Below are positions 56,332-64,000 of a stretch of DNA of 64,000 bases, piece after piece. The first letter of the stretch is position 1; each line of letters starts with the position of its first letter. A program made the translations under genes and the position numbers. The DNA comes from Nitrosopumilus sp. (GTDB lineage: Archaea; Thermoproteota; Nitrososphaeria; Nitrososphaerales; Nitrosopumilaceae). The notes beneath the pieces are model-generated. The model saw only the letters and a program-made list of their open reading frames with translations. It had not been told where the DNA came from and searched no databases. Where the stretch lies: contig OZ244651.1 in the NCBI GenBank assembly GCA_965218695.1, positions 1,888,001-1,952,000 on the forward strand, in the 5' to 3' direction.

Positions 56332-57795
56332 CTACTGGAACGGATCTATGAAGGGACAGTTGACTATGTGATCGCTGTTTGTGGGACGCGCAATGCTTAC
56401 TGTAACCATGTCTGCATCGCGGAACGCATCGATGTCGGCCGTAGTCTCCATTACCTTTGCAGATTCCTCGTCATGCCACTCGACCAGATAGATCCTCCAC
56501 ATCGGGCTGTAGTTCTCGTCGCCCAGGGCTGCAGTGGATATGCCTGCCTGGAATCCCAGCGGGCCCGAGCCCCTCACCCCGTTGTTGAACTGGAAGAGAT
56601 CCACGGCGCCGGTACTGGCTATGAGGCCTGCAGAGACAGGCGAGGAGACTACTCCCATTGTTCCTGCAGGCGCCTGCGGCGTTGCATCAGTAACGATATA
56701 GTATACGGTTCTTCCGTCAGGTCCCCAACCCCTGTGGGCCACAAACGTCACAGTCATGGACTCTGTGTCGATCTCAGTTATCTGGCCTCCCCCGTACGGC
56801 GTGCCGTCGGTAATCTCCGGATCCTCCCGAACCGTCATCTGACCGTCAGGCCAGACGATCTGAGGGATGTTGATAACCACGCCTGTGTCATCAAGTGTGA
56901 TTCTTCCGCCCTCATGCGCATCCAGGATGTCCTCGACTGACTCCAGCACAGACTCCCTCTGCCCGTTCTTCCATGCAACCTCTATAACGGAGTTCAGGGC
57001 GCCATACTCGGACTCTTGCAACGGGGTGTTGGAGAATACCTCTCCCTGGAATCCGTATATTCCGTCACCTTCCACGCCGTTTGTAAAGACATACAGATCC
57101 TGCAGGATGTCTGCAGGGATATCCTGGAGCGGGGGTGCAAGCTCGACTCTCCACCCCTGCATCTCTGAGAGGGTGTTGGCATATTCCTCATCGCTTCCGT
57201 CGGTAATGATGTAAAGGATCTCTCCCCCGTCATACATTCCCGTGTGGAGGGGGATGGTGGCAGGAACGTTTGCCCTTGAGAGCTGTATGGGGGGATCCTC
57301 TGTTTCCACCGGGATCTCCTGCGTCATTACAGGCGTCGGCTCGCCCCTGGTCCATCCGTCAAGTGACAGGGTTGCAACAAACTTGTCTGATGCAGGAGTG
57401 TACAGCCCGAGGGCGGCTCCGGTAAACTCGACGGTGCCGGTCATGGCAGAGGGTTCAAGCAGCGTAAGGGCATAGTGTGTGATGTCGTCGACGGTCCAGA
57501 CTGCCTGACCGCCGGAATCGCCCTCCTGTATATCATGCAGGATCATCACCTGAACAGGCGTGCTGGAGGTAAATGTCATGGAGCCGTCATAGATGGTTCC
57601 CTCGTTGGGCGGGAGGACAAGGGACAGCTGGTGGTCTTCCTGACCCAGGCCGGGAGAGGGTAGGGATGTGACAGTCTGGGTAAAGTGGATCTTTTTAATG
57701 GAACCGGCAGTGGCAAACTGATCCGATACCGAGGATACGGCAACGATGCCTGTTGCAAGGACTCCGATTATCGCTATTATTACCAGCAGCTTCAA
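56332..57795 (-). CDS. Secreted acidic hypothetical protein with two diverged internal repeats
   Basis: Signal/TM N-terminus; repeat YI.TD..DL..F.NGV.G.G..GFQ..Y....V.W occurs twice. Confidence 0.82.
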   Translation of the reverse strand: MKLLVIIAIIGVLATGIVAVSSVSDQFATAGSIKKIHFTQTVTSLPSPGLGQEDHQLSLVLPPNEGTIYDGSMTFTSSTPVQVMILHDIQEGDSGGQAVWTVDDITHYALTLLEPSAMTGTVEFTGAALGLYTPASDKFVATLSLDGWTRGEPTPVMTQEIPVETEDPPIQLSRANVPATIPLHTGMYDGGEILYIITDGSDEEYANTLSEMQGWRVELAPPLQDIPADILQDLYVFTNGVEGDGIYGFQGEVFSNTPLQESEYGALNSVIEVAWKNGQRESVLESVEDILDAHEGGRITLDDTGVVINIPQIVWPDGQMTVREDPEITDGTPYGGGQITEIDTESMTVTFVAHRGWGPDGRTVYYIVTDATPQAPAGTMGVVSSPVSAGLIASTGAVDLFQFNNGVRGSGPLGFQAGISTAALGDENYSPMWRIYLVEWHDEESAKVMETTADIDAFRDADMVTVSIARPTNSDHIVNCPFIDPFQ

Positions 57796-57841
57796 TAGGT
57801 ATCCACGCCGCCGCGTACATAATTAATTTTCTGTTTAGACA

Positions 57842-59054
57842 GGGTGTGTCCTAGAGGCATATGCCCCCGGATGACAAAAGATATGGATCGGCGGATCACG
57901 GCATCGCCTAATGACTACAAAGAAACGCGACCAACGACAGTACGATTTGGTTCAGCAGTACCTGTCGGGCCTCATGCTGAATACCGTGCTGGGAATAATC
58001 AAGAATCTTGGGGATCCGTACGCCGTCAGGCCCGGCCTGGGCGGCATGACGGCATACCCGCCTGGCGCCATGGCAGCTGTCTGCATCATGCTTGAGGCAC
58101 AGCGCACGACCTACCGTAAGATGGTCGGCATCCTCCGAAACAATAGCGCCATGGCAGCCAAGATGGGCCTAGAGAAAATTCCCTCCAAGAGCACGATAGC
58201 ACGCGCCTACGGCCTGATCCCGGAATGGTACCTGGCAGAGGCACACCGGATTGCCATCAGGGAGGTGGAGGCAGGCTCCCTGGCAGCAGACGGTACCGGA
58301 TACTCGTACCTGCGGTTTGTCAGGTGGTTTGACGTCAGGACCGACAGTTTTCGTACCAGAAAGGGATGGGTCAAACTGCACGCAATCGTGGATATCCGCA
58401 CCAGGGTGATAATCGACTGCATGGTGACTGACAGCGCAGTGGCAGACATAAACGGGCTGTACGCGATGCTCGGCAGGTTAGGCCGGGGCACCGGCGACTT
58501 TTGCCTGGATTCTGCATACCTGGCAAGGCTCATGTGCAACATGATATCTGCGATGGGAATGGTGCCCCGCATCAAGCCAAAATCCAACACCATACGCAAC
58601 GCCAGGGGAAGCCAGTCGTGGCGCGAGATGGTAAGCCTGTACATGGATGAACGGGACAGGTTTGACTCGGAATACCACCAGCGCAGCATCATCGAGGCAG
58701 TCTTTGCCGCCCTCAAGAAGATGTACGGGGACAGCACCAGGTGCCGAAAACACGAGAACCGGACAAGGGAGACTGCGATCCGTGTCATGTGCTACAACAT
58801 CGAGCTCGTGGCCAGATTGCAGGCAAAAGACGGCAGGCTCACACAGGATCAAATCGCGACACTTGCAGCATAGCTGGCGCGTCTTGACACGCGCCTCCTA
58901 GCGGAGCCTCCGCACAGTGTCTTGGATTTGGGGGATTTTATGGGTTGTGGAGGATTGACGGTGCGGCACTGTTGGCGTCGACGGGTTCTGGCACCAATCA
59001 TGTCTTTGGCATTCTGGTACATGGGATGGCATTTTTTATTACTAGGACACACCC
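57842..59054 (+). mobile_element. Complete IS5-family element
   Basis: Perfect 13-bp TIR GGGTGTGTCCTAG (57842-57854 / 59042-59054); 9-bp TSD GTTTAGACA (57833-57841 / 59055-59063). Confidence 0.94.
57911..58873 (+). CDS. IS5-family (DDE_Tnp_1) transposase
   Basis: PSKSTI, ADGTG, WVKLH, LDSAY, YHQRSIIEAVF..LK. Confidence 0.94.
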   Translation: MTTKKRDQRQYDLVQQYLSGLMLNTVLGIIKNLGDPYAVRPGLGGMTAYPPGAMAAVCIMLEAQRTTYRKMVGILRNNSAMAAKMGLEKIPSKSTIARAYGLIPEWYLAEAHRIAIREVEAGSLAADGTGYSYLRFVRWFDVRTDSFRTRKGWVKLHAIVDIRTRVIIDCMVTDSAVADINGLYAMLGRLGRGTGDFCLDSAYLARLMCNMISAMGMVPRIKPKSNTIRNARGSQSWREMVSLYMDERDRFDSEYHQRSIIEAVFAALKKMYGDSTRCRKHENRTRETAIRVMCYNIELVARLQAKDGRLTQDQIATLAA

Positions 59055-59065
59055 GTTTAGACATG

Positions 59066-60469
59066 CTAGTTGATCCGATCCAGCTCGAAGGCATCGTGCA
59101 GTGCCCGCACTGCGGCGCTGGCGTCGGCATTATTGACGACAAAGGCAATGTTAAGCTCAGAGGAGCCCTGGGTGATCATCGACACGTTGAGTCCCTTTCT
59201 CTCGACTGCGCCAAAGACCCGTGATGCAACGCCGACTGTTCCCCTCATCCCGGAGCCTATCAGTGCAATTATGGCCATGTTCGTTATGATGTCCAGCTTC
59301 TTGATGATCTTGCCCAGAAGCTCTATCTCCAAGGTGGTCACGGCCCTGTCGAGATCGTCGTTCCTTACCACTATTGTAATGCTGGACTCGGACGGGTTCT
59401 GGGAGATCATCATCACATTGACTCCTGTCTTTGCAAGAGTGGTAAATATCTGGGCTGCATTGCCCGGAGTTCCCATCATGTTGCCGCCATGTATGTCGAT
59501 CAGTCCGCTGTCACGTATGCTGCTCACGCACTTTACCGTGTTTGTAGCGTGTGCGGAGGGCAATGCTGTGACCAGGGTTCCCTCGTTGGCCGTGTTGGTG
59601 GAGCTTCTAATCTTCATTGGAATGTTCGTTGAGAGCAGGGGTTCAAACGTTCTGGGATGTATCTGCTTTGCGCCAAACAGGGCCATCTCGACTGCCTCGC
59701 TGTAGGAGAGCTCCTTGAGCAGTTTTGCGTTCCTGACTATCTTCGGATCCGCAGTCATCAGGCCATCCACGTTACTCATCAGCCATATCTGGTCGGCCTT
59801 GATGCAGGATCCTATTATGGTTGCAGTATAGTCAGAGCCTCCCCGGCCAAAGGTGGTCACGTGTCCGTGCTGGTCTGCGCCTGTAAAACCACCGACTATT
59901 GGAACGATCTTTTTTGAGAGGGTCGACTCTATGGTCTTTGAGACCCTCAGCCGGGTGGTATCCATGAGGGGTTTTGACTCGCCGAAGTTGGAGTCAGTCA
60001 CGATTCCCACATCCTTGCCTGTAAGCGGGACTGCACGCCGGCCATGGTCAGAGACGGAGGAGGCCACCAGTTGTATGGACAGCCTCTCTCCAAACGAGAA
60101 CAGATAGTCCATTGTTCTTGGCGTGATCTCCCCGAGTAGCATTATCCCGTCAATCAGTGCATGAAGTTGTGCAAAGTCCCTCTCAAGACTCTCCAGTAGC
60201 TTTTTGCGCACTGCCGGTCTCTTTATGGTCTTCCTTGCAAGATCCATGTGTCTGCTGACGATTCTTGATTCAATCTGTCCTGCCTTGGGCCTGTTCTTCT
60301 TTTTGATCGATTCTGATATTCCTATGAGATCATCAGTCGTCCCGTCCGTTGCAGAGCATACGACGACGACGTGGTTCTTGGCAGACAGCGAACCGATGTA
60401 ACTGGCCACATTTTGGATGTCTGTGGGGGAGGAGATTGATGTCCCACCATATTTTACTACGAGTCTCAA
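59066..60469 (-). CDS. lysC: Aspartate kinase
   Basis: VVKYGGTS, VCSA, GRGGSDYTA, ADP, two ACT domains. Confidence 0.95.
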   Translation of the reverse strand: MRLVVKYGGTSISSPTDIQNVASYIGSLSAKNHVVVVCSATDGTTDDLIGISESIKKKNRPKAGQIESRIVSRHMDLARKTIKRPAVRKKLLESLERDFAQLHALIDGIMLLGEITPRTMDYLFSFGERLSIQLVASSVSDHGRRAVPLTGKDVGIVTDSNFGESKPLMDTTRLRVSKTIESTLSKKIVPIVGGFTGADQHGHVTTFGRGGSDYTATIIGSCIKADQIWLMSNVDGLMTADPKIVRNAKLLKELSYSEAVEMALFGAKQIHPRTFEPLLSTNIPMKIRSSTNTANEGTLVTALPSAHATNTVKCVSSIRDSGLIDIHGGNMMGTPGNAAQIFTTLAKTGVNVMMISQNPSESSITIVVRNDDLDRAVTTLEIELLGKIIKKLDIITNMAIIALIGSGMRGTVGVASRVFGAVERKGLNVSMITQGSSELNIAFVVNNADASAAVRALHDAFELDRIN

Positions 60470-60505
60470 TTCAAGATACCTGAAAAGTCAGTCTTTAAAT
60501 GCTTT

Positions 60506-61252
60506 TTAGCTCTCCACCCTTGGAGCCAGATAGAAGTGGATTCTTCCTATGTTTGCAACCTTGAACTCAATGCGGAGTGGTTTTGAGGTGGAAAATTCAC
60601 AGGTGATGTTGCCTACGGTGTTGCCCACGGCCTTGACCACAGGGTTGAGATACTCAAGGCTGTATGTTCCGGTGCTCTCGTCCTGCGAGGAGATCTCCTC
60701 TATGGCATCATCGGCAGTGTCAATATCGATTACAACCTCGCCTGAGTCACCCTTGCCTGAAAAGTCGCCTTTGGACTCGGTTGTATGTACTGTGAGATAT
60801 TCTGATACGGCCTGCACGTCGCCGAGAATCTTGTCGAATTTTGAGGAGGCAAGAACGATCTTCGAGTCGTATGGGATCTTTGGCAGCGGCGTGTCGGTGG
60901 CAGAACTCTCAATCAGGCGCATCTTGTACTTTTTGTTTCTTCCAACCGTAACAAGCAGCATGTCCTGATCAGAGATGCTGATCTCTATGTCATCTTTCTT
61001 GTCGGCCCTCTTGATGATCTTTGAGAACTCTTCTATTCTTACTCCGAACTTTATGTCACTGTCGCACTCGTACATCTCAAACGCAGAGTTGGGCCAGGAT
61101 ATGTCGATGAGGGCCACATGGGACGGATCCATTCCACGGAAGGTTATTCCCTCAGAAGTGGCAACAAAGGTGGCCTCCTCGACCAGCGTGGAGATGGCAG
61201 ATATGATTGCCTTAAGATCGTCTGATCCGCTGGTCTTTGTAGCAAATGTCAA
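60506..61252 (-). CDS. pcn: DNA polymerase sliding clamp PCNA
   Basis: MDPSHVAL, YSLEYL, FYLAPRVE. Confidence 0.97.
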   Translation of the reverse strand: MTFATKTSGSDDLKAIISAISTLVEEATFVATSEGITFRGMDPSHVALIDISWPNSAFEMYECDSDIKFGVRIEEFSKIIKRADKKDDIEISISDQDMLLVTVGRNKKYKMRLIESSATDTPLPKIPYDSKIVLASSKFDKILGDVQAVSEYLTVHTTESKGDFSGKGDSGEVVIDIDTADDAIEEISSQDESTGTYSLEYLNPVVKAVGNTVGNITCEFSTSKPLRIEFKVANIGRIHFYLAPRVES

Positions 61253-61303
61253 GTCAAGACTTCTGGTTTTGGTGCCAAATAAAACGTTATTGTAGTATTA
61301 GCT

Positions 61304-61395
61304 GTACATACTCAGGTCCCCCTCAAACTCAGGCGTGAATATACGTAAAACAGTACATGTTTACGCCTAGACAATACCGGGACCTGAGCATGTAC
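61304..61395. mobile_element. 92-bp MITE
   Basis: 17-bp TIR GTACAT(A/G)CTCAGGTCCC (16/17 match) flanked by 8-bp direct repeat TATTAGCT (61296-61303 / 61396-61403). Confidence 0.88.
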
Positions 61396-61422
61396 TATTA
61401 GCTCAGCAGGCGTTCTGGCACG

Positions 61423-61758
61423 TCAGGCGTAGTTGCGCCAGGTATGCTTGCACTTTGTACACCGGTAGAATTGGGTGGTGGGCTCGTCTGCACTTCTGGT
61501 CTGTAGCATCCACCAGACTGCCTCGTCGTTTCCGCACTTTTCGCAGTCGATCTTGATTGTAGGGTGTGCCTCCTCGCCCTCGTCGCCCTCAAAGACGTTG
61601 AACGGTGTGCCCGGTTCGGCGGTGGGCTTGTCTTCTGTTTTCTCCGGTTCTGTCGTCTGCAACTCTACAGTCTGGGAATCCACATAACCGCACTTGGCAC
61701 ACTGGAGTTCAGAACCGATCTTCTTGAGTTTGGCTTCACATTTGGGGCAGAACTTCAA
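61423..61758 (-). CDS. tfs: Transcription factor S (TFS/RpoM)
   Basis: FCPKC N-terminal ribbon; QTRSADEP.T.FYRC..C..WR. Confidence 0.95.
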   Translation of the reverse strand: MKFCPKCEAKLKKIGSELQCAKCGYVDSQTVELQTTEPEKTEDKPTAEPGTPFNVFEGDEGEEAHPTIKIDCEKCGNDEAVWWMLQTRSADEPTTQFYRCTKCKHTWRNYA

Positions 61759-61759
61759 C

Positions 61760-62038
61760 CTACTCTACCTTGATCTTTGAGTTAAGCAGATCCTTGAACT
61801 GCCCGGCCAGCTCTATTGCAGAGTCTGTAGCCTTTTTGATCTTGTCAAGGGGTTTTGTGTCGGAGTTTATTCTCATCCAGCATTCATTGGTAAGGGGGTG
61901 CTTTACAATAACGCCTGCGAAATTGATGTTTGGGTTCTTTAAAAGCTCGTGCTGAATCACATACAGGATGCCGATGTCAGCCTTCTCTACTGAGAGGTTG
62001 ATCTCGCTAGATTCTGAACTGATCACGCTGGCCTTCAT
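61760..62038 (-). CDS. rpoL: RNA polymerase subunit L (Rpo11)
   Basis: FAGVIVKHPL motif, size, rpoL-tfs-pcna synteny. Confidence 0.88.
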   Translation of the reverse strand: MKASVISSESSEINLSVEKADIGILYVIQHELLKNPNINFAGVIVKHPLTNECWMRINSDTKPLDKIKKATDSAIELAGQFKDLLNSKIKVE

Positions 62039-62084
62039 GTAATCGGAAAAAGAACTTATTGTGGATATAAATCATTGTGAGCAG

Positions 62085-62621
62085 ATGGGAGAGAGTAGAA
62101 TTTCAGAGATCAGGCTGGAAAAGTCAAACGAGGAGTACCCGGATAACGGCAATATCGAGGTTAATGTGAGGTTCTCGATAGAGGGGGGCATCAGGGAGGC
62201 ATTTAACGAGGCAAACTGGACTGAGGCATACAACGCAAACGACGTTTCATTCAAGATAAAGTATGGCATAAAACTGACAACCGGTGGGTTCAGGAAGAAG
62301 GAGCTTGGCCGCACCATCGACACGTACAGAAAGGCTTCGATCTTTTGGACCAGGAATCCAAAACTTGTCAATCCCATGAAGGAGAGAAAGATATGGGTGC
62401 AGGTGGCCAAGAATTTTGAGCCGTTCATCAGGCTCTCTGAGGACGAGACGAGGCAAGAGCTCTTTGATTTTAACGAAAGATTCGTCTTCAAGGCCTCGGA
62501 TCTTGGCGAGGGTAGCCACAAGATAGGGGCAGAGGTGTATGCGTCATGGCAGAAACACTACTATACGGAGCCGGGCAGCATCAAGAACCGATCAGAAGAG
62601 ATCGAAGTTGCAGTAGTCTAG
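62085..62621 (+). CDS. Hypothetical protein
   Basis: Long ORF with GATATAAA box upstream of ATG 62085. Confidence 0.8.
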   Translation: MGESRISEIRLEKSNEEYPDNGNIEVNVRFSIEGGIREAFNEANWTEAYNANDVSFKIKYGIKLTTGGFRKKELGRTIDTYRKASIFWTRNPKLVNPMKERKIWVQVAKNFEPFIRLSEDETRQELFDFNERFVFKASDLGEGSHKIGAEVYASWQKHYYTEPGSIKNRSEEIEVAVV

Positions 62622-62686
62622 TAACGCAGCCGTAATGCATTCAGGTTCAGGATGTGAATATGATCGATTCTGTGAATAGTCGTGTT

Positions 62687-62952
62687 GTAACAGTTTAGGT
62701 TCGTGCCTAAGTCATTTTTCTGCAACCATCCTGATCTAAATCGCTGGCTGCCTAACAACGCCCATTGTCAAACCCGGAAATCAAGATACTGCGAGGCGAG
62801 CTGGCAAGGGTCATCGGGAAATATCAAAAATGGTTGGACGGGACAGCCGGGATCATAAAGACAGTGCGGGTAGAAAAGCGGAGCTTGGAATGGAAAATGC
62901 AGATCTCCGAAGGCGCCTGGCGTACTATGAAAACCCCCACAGCCTCCCGTAG
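62687..62952 (+). pseudogene. IS66-like left end and truncated, frameshifted transposase N-terminus
   Basis: GTAACAGTTTAG end-like sequence; alternate frame reads KAELGMENADLRRRLAYYENPHSLP*, like the coiled-coil + NS/HSxPPS start of IS66 transposases. Confidence 0.55.
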
Positions 62953-62998
62953 TCGTGCTGGCTCAAAGGGATATAAGGAACTTGTATCGATCCCGAGT

Positions 62999-63151
62999 AT
63001 GGCAAAATACGACGGTCTGTTGGGACAGCCAGTGCTTGAAGTCGAGGAACCTGACAAGGAGGGCGGAATCACATTCATCTTCAAGGACAACAGGTTTCTG
63101 TTCATCAAGGCCGTGGACGGCAGGATCGAGACCGTATCGATTCCAGAGTAG
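62999..63151 (+). CDS. 50-aa hypothetical protein (true start probably ATG 62999)
   Basis: GATATAA box ~25 bp upstream; similar to the next ORF. Confidence 0.7.
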   Translation: MAKYDGLLGQPVLEVEEPDKEGGITFIFKDNRFLFIKAVDGRIETVSIPE

Positions 63152-63161
63152 GTGCGGATGG

Positions 63162-63308
63162 ATGGAAAAGTTTGAACCAATCAAGATGCAGGAACTGGTA
63201 AGGGTCATTGACCCGGATCCGGACGGCGGAATCACCATGGTGTTCCAAGAAGACAAGACCTTGAAGATCAGGATCGTCGACGGGCAGCTGGTCTCAGAGT
63301 TTGCCTAA
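63162..63308 (+). CDS. 48-aa hypothetical protein, paralog of the preceding ORF
   Basis: PD.[DE]GGIT..F..[ND]..L.I..VDG pattern shared. Confidence 0.7.
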   Translation: MEKFEPIKMQELVRVIDPDPDGGITMVFQEDKTLKIRIVDGQLVSEFA

Positions 63309-63796
63309 TTCGAGTGCTTTTCATAATATTTAATTGCCGTCTCCTGTACCTCGGACTGGACGGAGCCGGGTCTCTTCCCCCGGATCATCGTGATTGCCGC
63401 ATCTGCAGAATAGCCACGGTGCCTTACAAAATAGCAGGCAAGGACGGTGCCGGCTCTGCCCAAGCCGGCTGCGCAGTGGACCATCACCGGCCGGTTCTGC
63501 TGGATCTGCTCATGGATGAAAGACACGGCCTCATCCAGCCTGTCCACATCAGGGGCCGTAAGATCCGGCGTGGGGACATGCAGGTAATCCATGTCACGTG
63601 TCCAATCTTCTGGCAGAGCCCTTTCAGTCATGGTGACTATGGCCTGCACGTTCTGGTGCATAATCCAGTCAATCTCAGAGCGGCTTGTTGGCATCCCGGA
63701 ACCGGCCAACCTGCCTTCCAGTAACCAAGAAAAGTTTGTGGGTCTCTCTGTGATCCTGCCATGAACCTTTCGCCATATGTTTCCAGGCTTGCTCAT
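63305..63796 (-). CDS. Dual-specificity protein phosphatase family protein
   Basis: HCAAGLGR CX5R loop; NFSW..LAG, PD..AP, RPGS. Confidence 0.93.
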   Translation of the reverse strand: MSKPGNIWRKVHGRITERPTNFSWLLEGRLAGSGMPTSRSEIDWIMHQNVQAIVTMTERALPEDWTRDMDYLHVPTPDLTAPDVDRLDEAVSFIHEQIQQNRPVMVHCAAGLGRAGTVLACYFVRHRGYSADAAITMIRGKRPGSVQSEVQETAIKYYEKHSN

Positions 63797-63837
63797 GCTA
63801 CTTGTCTGGCAAGCACCATATTTTTAGCATTGCAGAT

Positions 63838-64000
63838 CTACAGGGCTACGGCTCTGACCGGGGAGCCGGTAGCGCCTTTGAGGTTCAGCGGGAGGACGGC
63901 AAAATCAAACTCCATGGATGAAATCTTGTCCAGGTTTGCCAGATTCTCTACGATCAGAATGTTCTCTCTGGAAAATATGCAGTGGGTGCCAAATGACTCG
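63838..64000 (-). CDS. Cyclase (kynurenine formamidase-like) family protein, C-terminal part only
   Basis: H..FSRENILIVENLANLD..PLNLKGATGSPVRAVAL*. Confidence 0.85.
   Translation of the reverse strand, partial: ESFGTHCIFSRENILIVENLANLDKISSMEFDFAVLPLNLKGATGSPVRAVAL

Noticed and set aside
61304-61395. H/ACA guide RNA
   Set aside because: No K-turn and no ACA at the required spacing; the flanking 8-bp direct repeat is better explained as a TSD
62695-62710. TTAGG-N6-CCTAA as a DtxR operator
   Set aside because: Lies within the putative IS66 end, and no metal-related gene follows

Overview
Archaeal chromosomal segment, almost certainly from a Nitrosopumilaceae-type thaumarchaeon. Evidence: gatDE, archaeal PoK/PPS CoA pathway, aCPSF1-psmB, egsA, rpoL-tfs-pcna, and PEFG-CTERM and CFI-box-CTERM surface proteins. 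The fairly GC-rich coding DNA and heavy IS load suggest a host-associated lineage, but that is inference. Most of the window is housekeeping. The accessory zone at about 25.8-47.7 kb holds: (i) two tandem ~930-aa double-domain periplasmic-binding proteins whose two domains are in swapped order (A-B versus B-A), plus a relic of a third copy; (ii) an iron-uptake-like locus, in which an FTR1 permease with a large extracellular N-terminus shares a helical AYLxN/SxE motif with a PEFG-CTERM protein carrying an apparently perfect 630-bp-period internal duplication; (iii) tRNA-Val(GAC) and a tRNA-Arg(CCT) with a non-canonical D-loop intron; (iv) several IS elements, intact and decayed; (v) a 38-aa Cys/His-rich metallothionein-like micro-ORF missed by the ORF track. 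Elsewhere there are a 92-bp MITE with 17-bp TIRs and an 8-bp TSD between tfs and pcna, an IS66-like remnant, two candidate structured intergenic RNAs, and several in-frame micro/minisatellite expansions. All calls are from manual reading; no database searches or folding computations were run.
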